From Treponemataceae bacterium (GTDB lineage: Bacteria; Spirochaetota; Spirochaetia; Treponematales; Rectinemataceae): 64,000 bases of DNA. The notes beneath the pieces were generated by a model. That model was not told where the DNA came from, made no database searches, and was given only the letters and a program-made list of their open reading frames with translations. Below are positions 28,250 to 37,396 of this stretch, piece by piece (the first letter of the stretch is position 1; the number at the start of each line of letters is the position of its first letter). The position numbers and the translations under genes were made by a program. The stretch covers positions 128,001 to 192,000 of the forward strand of contig CAXXVZ010000004.1 in the NCBI GenBank assembly GCA_963678065.2. Direction: 5' to 3'.

Positions 28250-28284
28250 AGTTCATAAATCCCTCCGTCTCCCTGCACACTGTC

Positions 28285-29193
28285 TACTACCGGGAACACA
28301 TGACGCAGCAGGAGATAGCGAACAAACTGGCGATATCGCGCCAATCGGTGGGGCGCGTTCTCAAAAAGGCGGAGGACGAAGGAATTGTCACGATCGCCAT
28401 CAATTCGCCTCTCCTCCGGTGCATAGACGGCAGCGAGGCCGAGCTCGAGCGGCGATTCGGCCTCAAGGAGGCCGTAGTCGTGTCACCGATGGATACCTCT
28501 GACGAGGCCGTGAAATCCGCAATCGGAGAGGCGGCCGCGAATCTCATCTCGCAGCGGGTTACCGAGAAATCGACCATTGCGGTCTCATGGAGCAGCACGG
28601 TCTACAAATGCGCAAAGGCCCTGCCCGATAACCGGAGTCTCGGGGTATCAGCCGTCATGCTGAACGGCAGTCTCGACCGCACGGACATACCGACAGGCGG
28701 CGAGCGGATCATAAAGGCTTTTGCCGCGTCATTCGGCGGCCAGTCTTTCATCATGCCAGCCCCTATGATCGTCGACTCGCCCGAGATAAAAATCAGCCTC
28801 CTCTCCGATTCGCGGTTCTTTTCTATTTACGACGCAGCCTGCAAGGCGGAGTATTGCGTCTTCGGCGTCGGAGAAATTTCGGAGCGCTCTTCCCTGTACC
28901 AGACCGGATACGTGAGCGAGGAGCTTCTGGCGCAGCTGCGGGCGGCCGGCGCAGTCGGAGAAATTTGCGGAAAATTCTACGACAGGGACGGAAATATCTG
29001 TATTCCGTTTCTCGATGACTCGACCATCGCGGTGCCGCTCGAGTCGCTCCGCCAGCGCAGGCTGTCGATAGCCCTCGCCGGAGGGGTCGACAAGATTCAG
29101 GCAATACGGGGAATGCTCCGCGGCGGATACTGCAGTGTCCTCGTCACGACAGAGGAAACGGCGCGAGCTCTTCTCGACACGACTGACAAATAA
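28285..29193 (+). CDS. SorC/DeoR-type sugar-binding transcriptional regulator (N-terminus apparently truncated)
   Basis: In-frame YYREH precedes MTQQEIANKLAISRQSVGR. Also ERRFGL, GAVGEIC, AGGVDK, VLVT. The first ATG (28300) lies inside the HTH. Confidence 0.8.
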   Translation, partial: YYREHMTQQEIANKLAISRQSVGRVLKKAEDEGIVTIAINSPLLRCIDGSEAELERRFGLKEAVVVSPMDTSDEAVKSAIGEAAANLISQRVTEKSTIAVSWSSTVYKCAKALPDNRSLGVSAVMLNGSLDRTDIPTGGERIIKAFAASFGGQSFIMPAPMIVDSPEIKISLLSDSRFFSIYDAACKAEYCVFGVGEISERSSLYQTGYVSEELLAQLRAAGAVGEICGKFYDRDGNICIPFLDDSTIAVPLESLRQRRLSIALAGGVDKIQAIRGMLRGGYCSVLVTTEETARALLDTTDK

Positions 29194-29204
29194 GGAAAAT
29201 ACCG

Positions 29205-30080
29205 ATGCGGCGGCACAGTGATTTCGGGAAAGCGATGCTCTACATCAGCCCTTCTCTCCTGGTCTTCGCTGTATTCATCTTCTTCCCGCTTCTGTTTTCG
29301 GGAGTTTTGAGCTTCACGAAATGGGACTTGATCTCCTCCGAGCGCCCTTTCGCCGGCCTCGCGAACTATGTCCGGCTTTCCGAAGACCCGGTCTTCCTGA
29401 AAGCCCTTGCGAATACGGCCATTTTCTCTGTCGTCGTCGTTGCCGCAGCTGGCGTCATCGGACTCCTCCTCGCGCTCGTACTCGATAAACCCCTTCCCGG
29501 GAGGACAGTTTTCCGCGCGGGAATCTTCTCGCCCTATCTGACGAGCACGGCCGCGATGGCCCTCGTCTGGCTCTGGATTTTTGACCCGCAGTACGGACTC
29601 ATCAACAGCGTCCTCGCCGGCATCGGCCTCGTGGGACCGGGCTGGATAGCCTCGGTCAACTGGGCGCTGCCCGCCCTCATGATCATGACCGTATGGCGTT
29701 TCATGGGATACGACATGCTTCTGTTCCTGGGAGGGCTTCAGAGTGTGCCGCGGGAACTGAAGGAAGCGGCCCTCATCGACGGCGCGAGCGCCACGCGGAT
29801 TTTCTTCAGGATTACCCTGCCCCTCATTTCGCCTGTGACACTCTTCGTCGTCGTGACAACTTTCATCACGATGTTCCAGAACTTTGAGACTGTCGCGGTC
29901 ATGACGCAGGGCGGGCCGGTCAACTCCACGAACATGCTGGTCTTCAACCTCTACCAGAACGCCTTCCAGTTCTTCGAAGCCGGCTACGCCTCCGCGATTG
30001 CGGTTGTCCTCTTTGTCATCGTCGCCGCCGCGACGGGAATCCAGATGTGGGCATCGAAGAGATGGGTGCATTACTCATAA
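29205..30080 (+). CDS. UgpA-like ABC permease
   Basis: FAGLANY, EAALIDGA, TQGGP. Confidence 0.88.
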   Translation: MRRHSDFGKAMLYISPSLLVFAVFIFFPLLFSGVLSFTKWDLISSERPFAGLANYVRLSEDPVFLKALANTAIFSVVVVAAAGVIGLLLALVLDKPLPGRTVFRAGIFSPYLTSTAAMALVWLWIFDPQYGLINSVLAGIGLVGPGWIASVNWALPALMIMTVWRFMGYDMLLFLGGLQSVPRELKEAALIDGASATRIFFRITLPLISPVTLFVVVTTFITMFQNFETVAVMTQGGPVNSTNMLVFNLYQNAFQFFEAGYASAIAVVLFVIVAAATGIQMWASKRWVHYS

Positions 30081-30099
30081 CACGAGGAACGGAGAGTAT

Positions 30100-30849
30100 A
30101 TGAACGGAACGGTATTCGGACACAGGGGAGCCGCATTCGAGGCGCCGGAGAATACGATGGCCGGATTCAGGCACGCGATCGGCGAAGGCGTCACAGCCTT
30201 CGAACTCGACGTCCACCTGACGCGCGATGGAGAGCTCGCGGTGATCCACGACGAATCACTTGTGCGGACCACGGACCTCGACGGCCTCGTCGGCGATTTC
30301 GACTCAAGTACCCTCCGCCGCATGGACGCCTCCAAAGGAATCAAAGCCTGGCATGGCGAGGGCGATGTCGGGATTCCCGGGCTGATCGAGGTGGTCTCGT
30401 CGTTCAGGGATTCGATCCGCGAGTGGCAGATCGAGATAAAGACCGACAGGCCGGCCAGGCTCGGCCGGGTCTGCGACCTTCTGGTTTCCATCATGGCCGC
30501 ACAGGGCATCACCGGAAAAACGGTAGTCACTTCCTGGGACCCTGTCGCCCTCGAAATCATGCTCGAACGCTACCCCTCGATCCGGCGGGGTTTCATCGGC
30601 TGGTATAAAACCGATGCCGATCTCGAGACTGCGCGGAGACTTCGCGCGTACAACGCCTGCATCCCGGTCATGACCAGTACGAAATCAATGGCCGACGCCG
30701 CCCACTCATCCGGCATGACGGTTACCGGCTGGCTGGGCGATTCCAGGGAGCAACTCGACGCCCTCATTGGATGGGGTGTCGAAATGATCACGACGAACCT
30801 GCCCGGCTACGCTCTGCCATACCTGAAAACACGGGGATTCTGTCCGTGA
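30100..30849 (+). CDS. Glycerophosphodiester phosphodiesterase
   Basis: HRGA..EAPENT, ELDVHLTRDG, VIHD, IEIK, ITTN. Confidence 0.9.
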   Translation: MNGTVFGHRGAAFEAPENTMAGFRHAIGEGVTAFELDVHLTRDGELAVIHDESLVRTTDLDGLVGDFDSSTLRRMDASKGIKAWHGEGDVGIPGLIEVVSSFRDSIREWQIEIKTDRPARLGRVCDLLVSIMAAQGITGKTVVTSWDPVALEIMLERYPSIRRGFIGWYKTDADLETARRLRAYNACIPVMTSTKSMADAAHSSGMTVTGWLGDSREQLDALIGWGVEMITTNLPGYALPYLKTRGFCP

Positions 30850-31700
30850 GCTCCGCCGTCGGAGCCCAGAGGCGCGCGCGGAAGATCATCTCGGGAACTG
30901 CGCTCGAAGTTGTCCTCGCAGCCGTATTCGTGCTCTCCGTGATCCCCGTCCTGTGGACCTTCTCGACTTCGCTGAAGCCGCTGGACGAGATTTACGCCTA
31001 TCCACCCAACTGGATTCCCCATCACGCCCAGTGGAGCAACTACGCCAAAGCCTGGGCTGCGGCGCCGTTTGCGCGCTACGCGCTCAACAGCATCGCCGTG
31101 ACCGTATCCATCATCATCCTCCAGACAAGCCTCGCCTCCCTCTCCGCCTATGCGTTCTCGAAGCTCCAGTTCAAGGGACGGGACCTTCTCTTCTTCCTCT
31201 TTCTGGCGACGATGATGGTGCCCACGCAGGTGATCGTCGTGCCGGTCTTCATCATGCTCAGCAAGGCCGGCATGCTGAACAGCTATGCAGCTCTCATCCT
31301 GCCCTTCGCCGCGAGCGCTTTCGGAACCTTCCTCCTGAGGCAGAGTTTTCTGGAGATTCCCAACGATCTGGTGGACGCGGCGCGCATCGACGGAGCCGGC
31401 GACATGTCCATAATCCGCAACGTCATGCTGCCGATGTCGAAACCTTCCTACGTGAGTTTCATACTCCTGACATTCACCTGGCGCTGGAACGATTATTTCT
31501 GGCCTCTCATCATGACGAGTTCCCCGGAGATGCGAACCTTGCCTGTCGGCCTCGTCTTCCTCAGGACCAGCGAGGGCAGCATCGAGTGGAATGTCGTGAT
31601 GGCGGCGTCGGTCTTCGTTATTTTGCCGATCATCCTCCTCTTCCTTTTCTTCCAGCGCTATTTCGTGGAAGGGATCATGAGTTCGGGGCTCAAGGGATGA
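30846..31700 (+). CDS. UgpE-like ABC permease
   Basis: GTG start overlapping the upstream TGA; DAARIDG, WNDYFWP. Confidence 0.88.
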   Translation: MSSAVGAQRRARKIISGTALEVVLAAVFVLSVIPVLWTFSTSLKPLDEIYAYPPNWIPHHAQWSNYAKAWAAAPFARYALNSIAVTVSIIILQTSLASLSAYAFSKLQFKGRDLLFFLFLATMMVPTQVIVVPVFIMLSKAGMLNSYAALILPFAASAFGTFLLRQSFLEIPNDLVDAARIDGAGDMSIIRNVMLPMSKPSYVSFILLTFTWRWNDYFWPLIMTSSPEMRTLPVGLVFLRTSEGSIEWNVVMAASVFVILPIILLFLFFQRYFVEGIMSSGLKG

Positions 31701-31747
31701 CAGTCCTCCGCAGTGGCGGAGGTTATAGACTTACGGGAGGTGCGCAT

Positions 31748-33022
31748 ATGAAGAGAACCGGTATTCTAGTGATCGCCTGCGCGGCGATGGCCATCATGGG
31801 GGCTCAGGCGTCCTTCGCTGCCGGCCCGACGCAGATCGTTTTCTGGGCGGCATTAGGCGGCAATAACGGCAAGTTGCTGGAGGACTCCGTCAACCAGTTC
31901 AACGCCTCCCAGTCAGACACTTTCATAAAATATGAATTCCAGGGCGATTACACGACTGTCGAGCAGAAATTTGCGACCACCCTCGCCGCGGGCGCGGTGC
32001 CGGACCTGGTAATGCTCGAGATCTCCCGCATCCCCGTCTTCGCCGAGCGCAAGGCGATTCGCTCCCTCGATGATCTTGCCGCAAAGTTCAAGCTCCCGAA
32101 AGAGGACTTCCCCGAGGCGCTGCTGGGCGAGAGCACCATAGACGGCAAGCTCTATAGCCTGCCGCAATCCCGGTCCATGCCGGTCTTCTACTACAACAAG
32201 GACATGTTCAGGACTGCGGGACTCCCCGACAAAGCCCCCGAGACCTGGGCCGAGCTGCGCAAGGCGGCAATCGCGCTCACCAGCAAGGACGGGAACCGGT
32301 ACGGATTCGGCGTCCAGGTCGGCAATCCCTTCTGGTACTTCTCCAACGCAGTCGAAGGCAACGGCGGCACGATTTCCGTGAAGAAGGGCGCGACCGACAT
32401 CCCGACCTTCAACGACGAGAAGGGAGTGGCGGGTCTCAAGTTCTGGTACGACCTCGTCTACTCCGACGGCGCGGCGCGGATCTATCCCGGCCAGGGACTC
32501 GCAACCTGGGAAGCCCTTCAGGCTGACTTCATCAGCTCCAAGGTCGGCATGATGTTCATTACGACAGGATGGATGGGAAACATCATAAAGAACTCGAAGT
32601 TCGATGTCGGCATCGCGATGCTTCCCGTCGGCCCCGGCGGCGTCAGGAAGGCTCCTACGGGCGGCAACGGGATCGTCATCCCCGCCAAGTCCCCGGCAAA
32701 GAACCAGGAGGCGGCCTTCAGGTTCCTGCAGTGGCTCACCGATACCCCCCAGACCTCGAAGTGGGCGATGGACACGGGCTACATGCCCCTCAGGCTCTCT
32801 GCCCTCAAGGATCCCCAGCTCGTGAAGTATTTCGCCACGAATCCCGAGTTCAGAGTGGCTGTCGAGCAGATGCGCTACGCGAGCGCTTTCCCCGGCATCA
32901 AGATGGATCCCAAGACCGAGCCCGCCCTCAATGTCCTTTGGGAGAGAATTTTCGTCGGCAAGGAAGACATCAAGAAAGTGGCGGACGAGGTTGCCGCCCA
33001 GATCGAAAAAAACATGCGCTGA
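31748..33022 (+). CDS. UgpB-like ABC substrate-binding protein
   Basis: Signal peptide, FNASQ, YYNKDMF, PETWAEL, PTGG, TGYMP. Confidence 0.88.
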   Translation: MKRTGILVIACAAMAIMGAQASFAAGPTQIVFWAALGGNNGKLLEDSVNQFNASQSDTFIKYEFQGDYTTVEQKFATTLAAGAVPDLVMLEISRIPVFAERKAIRSLDDLAAKFKLPKEDFPEALLGESTIDGKLYSLPQSRSMPVFYYNKDMFRTAGLPDKAPETWAELRKAAIALTSKDGNRYGFGVQVGNPFWYFSNAVEGNGGTISVKKGATDIPTFNDEKGVAGLKFWYDLVYSDGAARIYPGQGLATWEALQADFISSKVGMMFITTGWMGNIIKNSKFDVGIAMLPVGPGGVRKAPTGGNGIVIPAKSPAKNQEAAFRFLQWLTDTPQTSKWAMDTGYMPLRLSALKDPQLVKYFATNPEFRVAVEQMRYASAFPGIKMDPKTEPALNVLWERIFVGKEDIKKVADEVAAQIEKNMR

Positions 33023-33024
33023 TG

Positions 33025-33073
33025 GCGCATGGGCCGACCGTTCTGACAGGCCGGTCGGCCCATATGCGCTTTT
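33025..33073 (+). terminator. Stem-loop plus T-tract after the binding-protein gene
   Basis: GCGCATGGGCCGACCG...CGGTCGGCCCATATGCGC-TTTT. Confidence 0.65.
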
Positions 33074-33107
33074 GCGGACCTACATTGCAGCATGAGGAGC
33101 CTTTCGC

Positions 33108-34175
33108 ATGAGCACCGTGACAATACTGGGTGCCGGTCTCATGGGGTCGGCGCTGGCCTACCCCCTTTCTGACAACGGCCATTCCGTACGCCTGGTCGGA
33201 ACCTTTCTCGACGATTCGACCATCGCCTCCTGCAAGGAGAGGCACTTCCATCCGCGACTGCGCCGCAGCCTCCCCGACAAGGCGAGCGCCTTTTATTTTT
33301 CGGAACTCGACGAGGCGCTGGATGGGGCCGGCATCATCGTGAGTGGCGTGAATTCCCTCGGTGTCCATTGGATCGGAAAGACACTCGGCCCCCGCCTCAG
33401 AGAAGGGCAGATCCTCATCGCGGTAACGAAGGGGCTCGAATCAGCCCCTGCCGGGAACCCGCGGATCCTCCCCGAGGTCCTGCGCGACGAGTTCCCCGCG
33501 GGCATTCGGGACACCCTGCCCATCGCGGCCATCGGCGGCCCCTGCATCGCCGGAGAACTCGCCGGAAGGCGGCAGAGTTTCGTCATGTTCGGTTGCCGCG
33601 ACCCGGCGGCGCTCGAGGTACTCGCGGCGACTTTTTCTACGAGCTACTACCATGTGACGCCGACGACCGATCTCGTCGGACTCGAATATTGCGCCGCCCT
33701 CAAGAACGCCTACACCCTGGGGGTCGGACTCGCCGCGGGAATGCTTGAGCGCGAAGGCGGCCCCGATCATGCCGAGGCGTACATGCACAACCTGGCCGCG
33801 GCACTCTTCGCCCAGGGGACCACGGAGATGGCCCGCTTCCTCGAGATCACCGGGTCGAGAAGGGAGCTTGCCTACATGCTTCCCGGTGCGGGCGACCTCT
33901 ATGTCACTGCCCAAGGAGGAAGAACCGTGAGGCTTGGCCGCCTGCTCGGATCCGGAAAGAGTTACGCCGAATCGCGGTTGATACTCGACGGTGAAACACT
34001 CGAGGCGGCTGAAATAGTGAAAACACTGGGTCGGGTCCTCCCTTCTCTGGAAGCGAGGGGACTGCTCGCGAAAGACGAACTGCCGCTTTTGCGCAGCCTC
34101 ATCTCCATCGTGGTCGACGGTTCGGCTGCGGCTCTCCCCTACAGTTCGTTTTTCCGGCATTACCACGAGAACTAA
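33108..34175 (+). CDS. NAD(P)-dependent glycerol-3-phosphate dehydrogenase-like (GpsA family, divergent)
   Basis: GAGLMG Rossmann motif, TKG, GGP, ALKN, GDLYVT, GGR. Confidence 0.8.
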   Translation: MSTVTILGAGLMGSALAYPLSDNGHSVRLVGTFLDDSTIASCKERHFHPRLRRSLPDKASAFYFSELDEALDGAGIIVSGVNSLGVHWIGKTLGPRLREGQILIAVTKGLESAPAGNPRILPEVLRDEFPAGIRDTLPIAAIGGPCIAGELAGRRQSFVMFGCRDPAALEVLAATFSTSYYHVTPTTDLVGLEYCAALKNAYTLGVGLAAGMLEREGGPDHAEAYMHNLAAALFAQGTTEMARFLEITGSRRELAYMLPGAGDLYVTAQGGRTVRLGRLLGSGKSYAESRLILDGETLEAAEIVKTLGRVLPSLEARGLLAKDELPLLRSLISIVVDGSAAALPYSSFFRHYHEN

Positions 34176-34260
34176 TTCGTCGCATTTGCATTCACATATC
34201 CATTCGAGTATATTTTTCGCTAGAGATGTCCCGGCGCACGACCCGAAGAGGAGCAGTCGC

Positions 34261-36300
34261 ATGGGGAAGACAGGGAAATCCGGTATTTTTTCAAAACCCA
34301 TACCCACCGTATGTCTTTCCTTTGTGTTGCTCCTGACGATTCTGGGCATTGCTGGATGGCTCTTTGACCGCCCTATATTTGCGAGCTTCAACACCCACTA
34401 TATTCCGATGGCCCCGGGCACTGCTCTCATGCTGTTACTTCTATGCGGAGCTTTGCTGGTGCACCGGGACAAAAAGAGCGGCACAGCTGGAAAAACGATC
34501 GCTCTCGTCGCATCGATAGCGGTCATTGTCAACTGCGCGCTTGTGATCGCCGGTTTCTTGACAAAAATAGATCTGGACATATCCCGCCTCTTCCTGCCGG
34601 CACCGCCCACTTTGGGACTTGTGTCGACCGGCCGCATGTCGAACATCACGGCGGGATGTCTCATTCTCGAGGCTCTTGCGCACATTCTGCTACTCTCCGC
34701 CACACCGGGCAACCGGGTACGCAACCGCTCGATCGCCGGAATACTCTCCTTTTCGGTAGCGATGATCGCCCTCACGATACTGATCGGGTATCTGTATGGA
34801 TCGCCTCTTCTCTACGGGGGTACGCTCATCCCCGTCGCGTTGCCGACAGCGTTTGCACTTTTTTTTCTGGCCTTTGCCACGATGGCCTCCGTGGGACCCG
34901 ATGCATGGCCGGCCATGACTTTTTCGGGCGATTCGGTGCTCGCACGATTGACCCGCGCATTCCTGCCGCTCTCTCTCGTCAGTATCCTCGTGTATGGTTG
35001 GCTGGCTCATGAGCTTGTCCCGCACATCGCCAATCCCGCCCTCGCGGCAGCGCTCATGAGCCTTTTGTATATGGCTGTATTCGGACTCATCGTTTCGCAG
35101 GCGGCGCTTCGCACAAGTGCGGAGATCGATGCAGCCAACGCCGCGGCGGAAAAGGCCCGACAGGAATTGCAGAACAGCGAGGAAAGTCTTTCGTTCATAA
35201 TCGAAGGCAGCCAACTCGGCACCTGGGACTGGAATATCGCGACGAATACGGTAAAACGGAACCGAACCTGCTTCGAGATACTCGGATACGAACGCGAGGA
35301 CTCTGGCTATACTCCCGCAGAATGGAAGAACCGCATCAATCCTGAAGACAGACCGGTCGTATTCGCATCGCTTCAGAACCACCTTCAAGGGAAAACGCCC
35401 CTGCACGAGGTCGAATACCGGATGAGAACCAACGACGGGAAAGAGATATGGGTATCCGATCGCGCGCGCGTCGTTCAGCGCGATGCCGGCGGCCGGCCTC
35501 TCAGAATGAGCGGTATTTTTGCCGACATCACCGAAAGAAAGCATGCCGAAGATGAAATCCAGAAACTCAACCGCGAACTCGAACGACGTGTGGCCGAGCG
35601 CACGCGGCAGCTGGAACTCGCCAACGAAGAGCTGGAGGCATTCTCATATGCGGTCTCGCACGATCTCAGAGCCCCCTTGAGAGCGATGGACGGGTTCAGC
35701 ACGGCACTGCTCGATACCTGCGGCCCGACGCTCGACGTGAACGGCAAACACTATCTGGAACGGATCAAGATATCGACACAGCGGATGAGCGACCTGATCG
35801 ATGCTCTTCTCAACCTCTCGCGAGTCACGAAGAGCGGACTCACCCGACAGACCGTCGACCTGGGCGCACTAGCCCGGGAGATCGTTATAGAACTCAGGGA
35901 ACGAGAGCCGGAACGAACTGTTTCGGTTTCCATTTCTGACGGCCTTGAGGTGCAAGGTGATCCGCAGTTGTTGGGAATCGTACTGGAAAACCTTTTGGGA
36001 AATGCATTCAAGTTTACGAGCCACAGCGAATCTGCTGCGATTGCTCTCGGCATGGAATTCAGAAATGGCGAAACCGTCTATTTCGTGCGGGACACTGGCG
36101 CGGGCTTCGACATGGCTCAGGCCTCCACTTTGTTCACCCCGTTCCATCGACTGCATTCCACAAAACAGTACGCCGGTACCGGAATAGGTCTTGTCACGGT
36201 ACAGCGGATTATTATCCGGCATGGCGGCAGGATCTGGCCCGATGCGAAACCGGATTGCGGAGCTACATTCTATTTTACACTCGGAACCACTCCATCATGA
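34261..36300 (+). CDS. Membrane-bound PAS sensor histidine kinase
   Basis: About 7 TM helices; PAS (GTWDWN...DITERK); FSYAVSHDLRAP; ENLLGNAFKF; DTGAGF; GTGIGL. Confidence 0.92.
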   Translation: MGKTGKSGIFSKPIPTVCLSFVLLLTILGIAGWLFDRPIFASFNTHYIPMAPGTALMLLLLCGALLVHRDKKSGTAGKTIALVASIAVIVNCALVIAGFLTKIDLDISRLFLPAPPTLGLVSTGRMSNITAGCLILEALAHILLLSATPGNRVRNRSIAGILSFSVAMIALTILIGYLYGSPLLYGGTLIPVALPTAFALFFLAFATMASVGPDAWPAMTFSGDSVLARLTRAFLPLSLVSILVYGWLAHELVPHIANPALAAALMSLLYMAVFGLIVSQAALRTSAEIDAANAAAEKARQELQNSEESLSFIIEGSQLGTWDWNIATNTVKRNRTCFEILGYEREDSGYTPAEWKNRINPEDRPVVFASLQNHLQGKTPLHEVEYRMRTNDGKEIWVSDRARVVQRDAGGRPLRMSGIFADITERKHAEDEIQKLNRELERRVAERTRQLELANEELEAFSYAVSHDLRAPLRAMDGFSTALLDTCGPTLDVNGKHYLERIKISTQRMSDLIDALLNLSRVTKSGLTRQTVDLGALAREIVIELREREPERTVSVSISDGLEVQGDPQLLGIVLENLLGNAFKFTSHSESAAIALGMEFRNGETVYFVRDTGAGFDMAQASTLFTPFHRLHSTKQYAGTGIGLVTVQRIIIRHGGRIWPDAKPDCGATFYFTLGTTPS

Positions 36301-36312
36301 CAGAGGCGCCAC

Positions 36313-37395
36313 ATGCAGACAATCATCGACTCGATCAGGCAGGACAGAACCGTATCGCTCTACGCACCCAAGATCGCGTATATCCTTTCCGGCGGATCGG
36401 CCAAGGGCTTCTGCCATCTTGGCATGATCGAAGCCCTGGAAACGCGGGGCATCAAACCGGATCTGGTCGTCGGGACTTCGGCGGGAGCGCTGTTCGGGGC
36501 GCTGTACTGCCATTTCGGTTCGGTGGAGGGAGTGCTCGGGCGGGTCGAGGAAGTTTTCGCGTCGAGCGAGTTCGCCGCTTTTTCCAGAAAGTATCTGGGA
36601 GAACCGAAGGGCGACGAGGACACTACCTCGAAATGGAAACAGTTCGTGTCGACACTCTCCGGAACAGTAAAAAAGGGGATCCGCATCGGGCAGACCCTCG
36701 CGAGGCAGGCCATGGTGAACGAGCGGGATGTTTCCGCCATTTTTTCGGAGATTTTCCGGGGTATCGACTTCGCGACCCTGAAGATTCCCTTCGCGGCCGT
36801 GGCGAGTGACCTCGGGAATGCGGTTCCCGCCGTCTTCTCATCATTGAATAAAAAAGGATCGGCGCCCGGAGATGATTCCCGGAACAGAGTGGAGCCTCCC
36901 CTCGCGCGCGCCGTCATGGCCTCGACGGCGATCCCCTTTCTCTTTCCTTCGGTCGAGATCGGCGGGCGCGATCACGCGGACGGCTACCTCATGGCCAACC
37001 TGCCTGTGCGCGAAGCCCGCGTCCTCATGGAGGGCGGACTTCTCTTCGTGGCCGGCTTCGATGTCTCGGCCCCCCTCGTGCGGCCGGACGAGGAGCTCTC
37101 TTCTCTCGAACTGGTGATGAGGCTTCTCGACCTCGCGGCGGGCAGCAAGCAGGCCGCCGACAGGGAACTCGCGGACGTCCTGTTCCGCCCTATCGACAGG
37201 AACTACGCGTGGTCCTCCTTCGACGAATACCGCATCTTCATCGACATAGGCAGGAACTACATGAGCGAAGAAAAAGTCGACGCTTTCCTGACTGCCTACC
37301 GCGACAAATGCGCGATTGCGATCGCGGCGGAGCGCAGGCCGGTGAGGCGATTCTTCGCCGAAAGGCGCCTCGGAAAAATGGCGCCAAGGGCTTGA
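36313..37395 (+). CDS. Patatin-like phospholipase
   Basis: LSGGSAKG, GTSAG, ASTAIP, DGY. Confidence 0.88.
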   Translation: MQTIIDSIRQDRTVSLYAPKIAYILSGGSAKGFCHLGMIEALETRGIKPDLVVGTSAGALFGALYCHFGSVEGVLGRVEEVFASSEFAAFSRKYLGEPKGDEDTTSKWKQFVSTLSGTVKKGIRIGQTLARQAMVNERDVSAIFSEIFRGIDFATLKIPFAAVASDLGNAVPAVFSSLNKKGSAPGDDSRNRVEPPLARAVMASTAIPFLFPSVEIGGRDHADGYLMANLPVREARVLMEGGLLFVAGFDVSAPLVRPDEELSSLELVMRLLDLAAGSKQAADRELADVLFRPIDRNYAWSSFDEYRIFIDIGRNYMSEEKVDAFLTAYRDKCAIAIAAERRPVRRFFAERRLGKMAPRA

Positions 37396-37396
37396 G

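Noticed and set aside
30953..31747. N-terminal extension of the UgpB-like ORF
   Set aside because: It overlaps the permease in another frame. The signal peptide and GGGAGG SD place the start at 31748.
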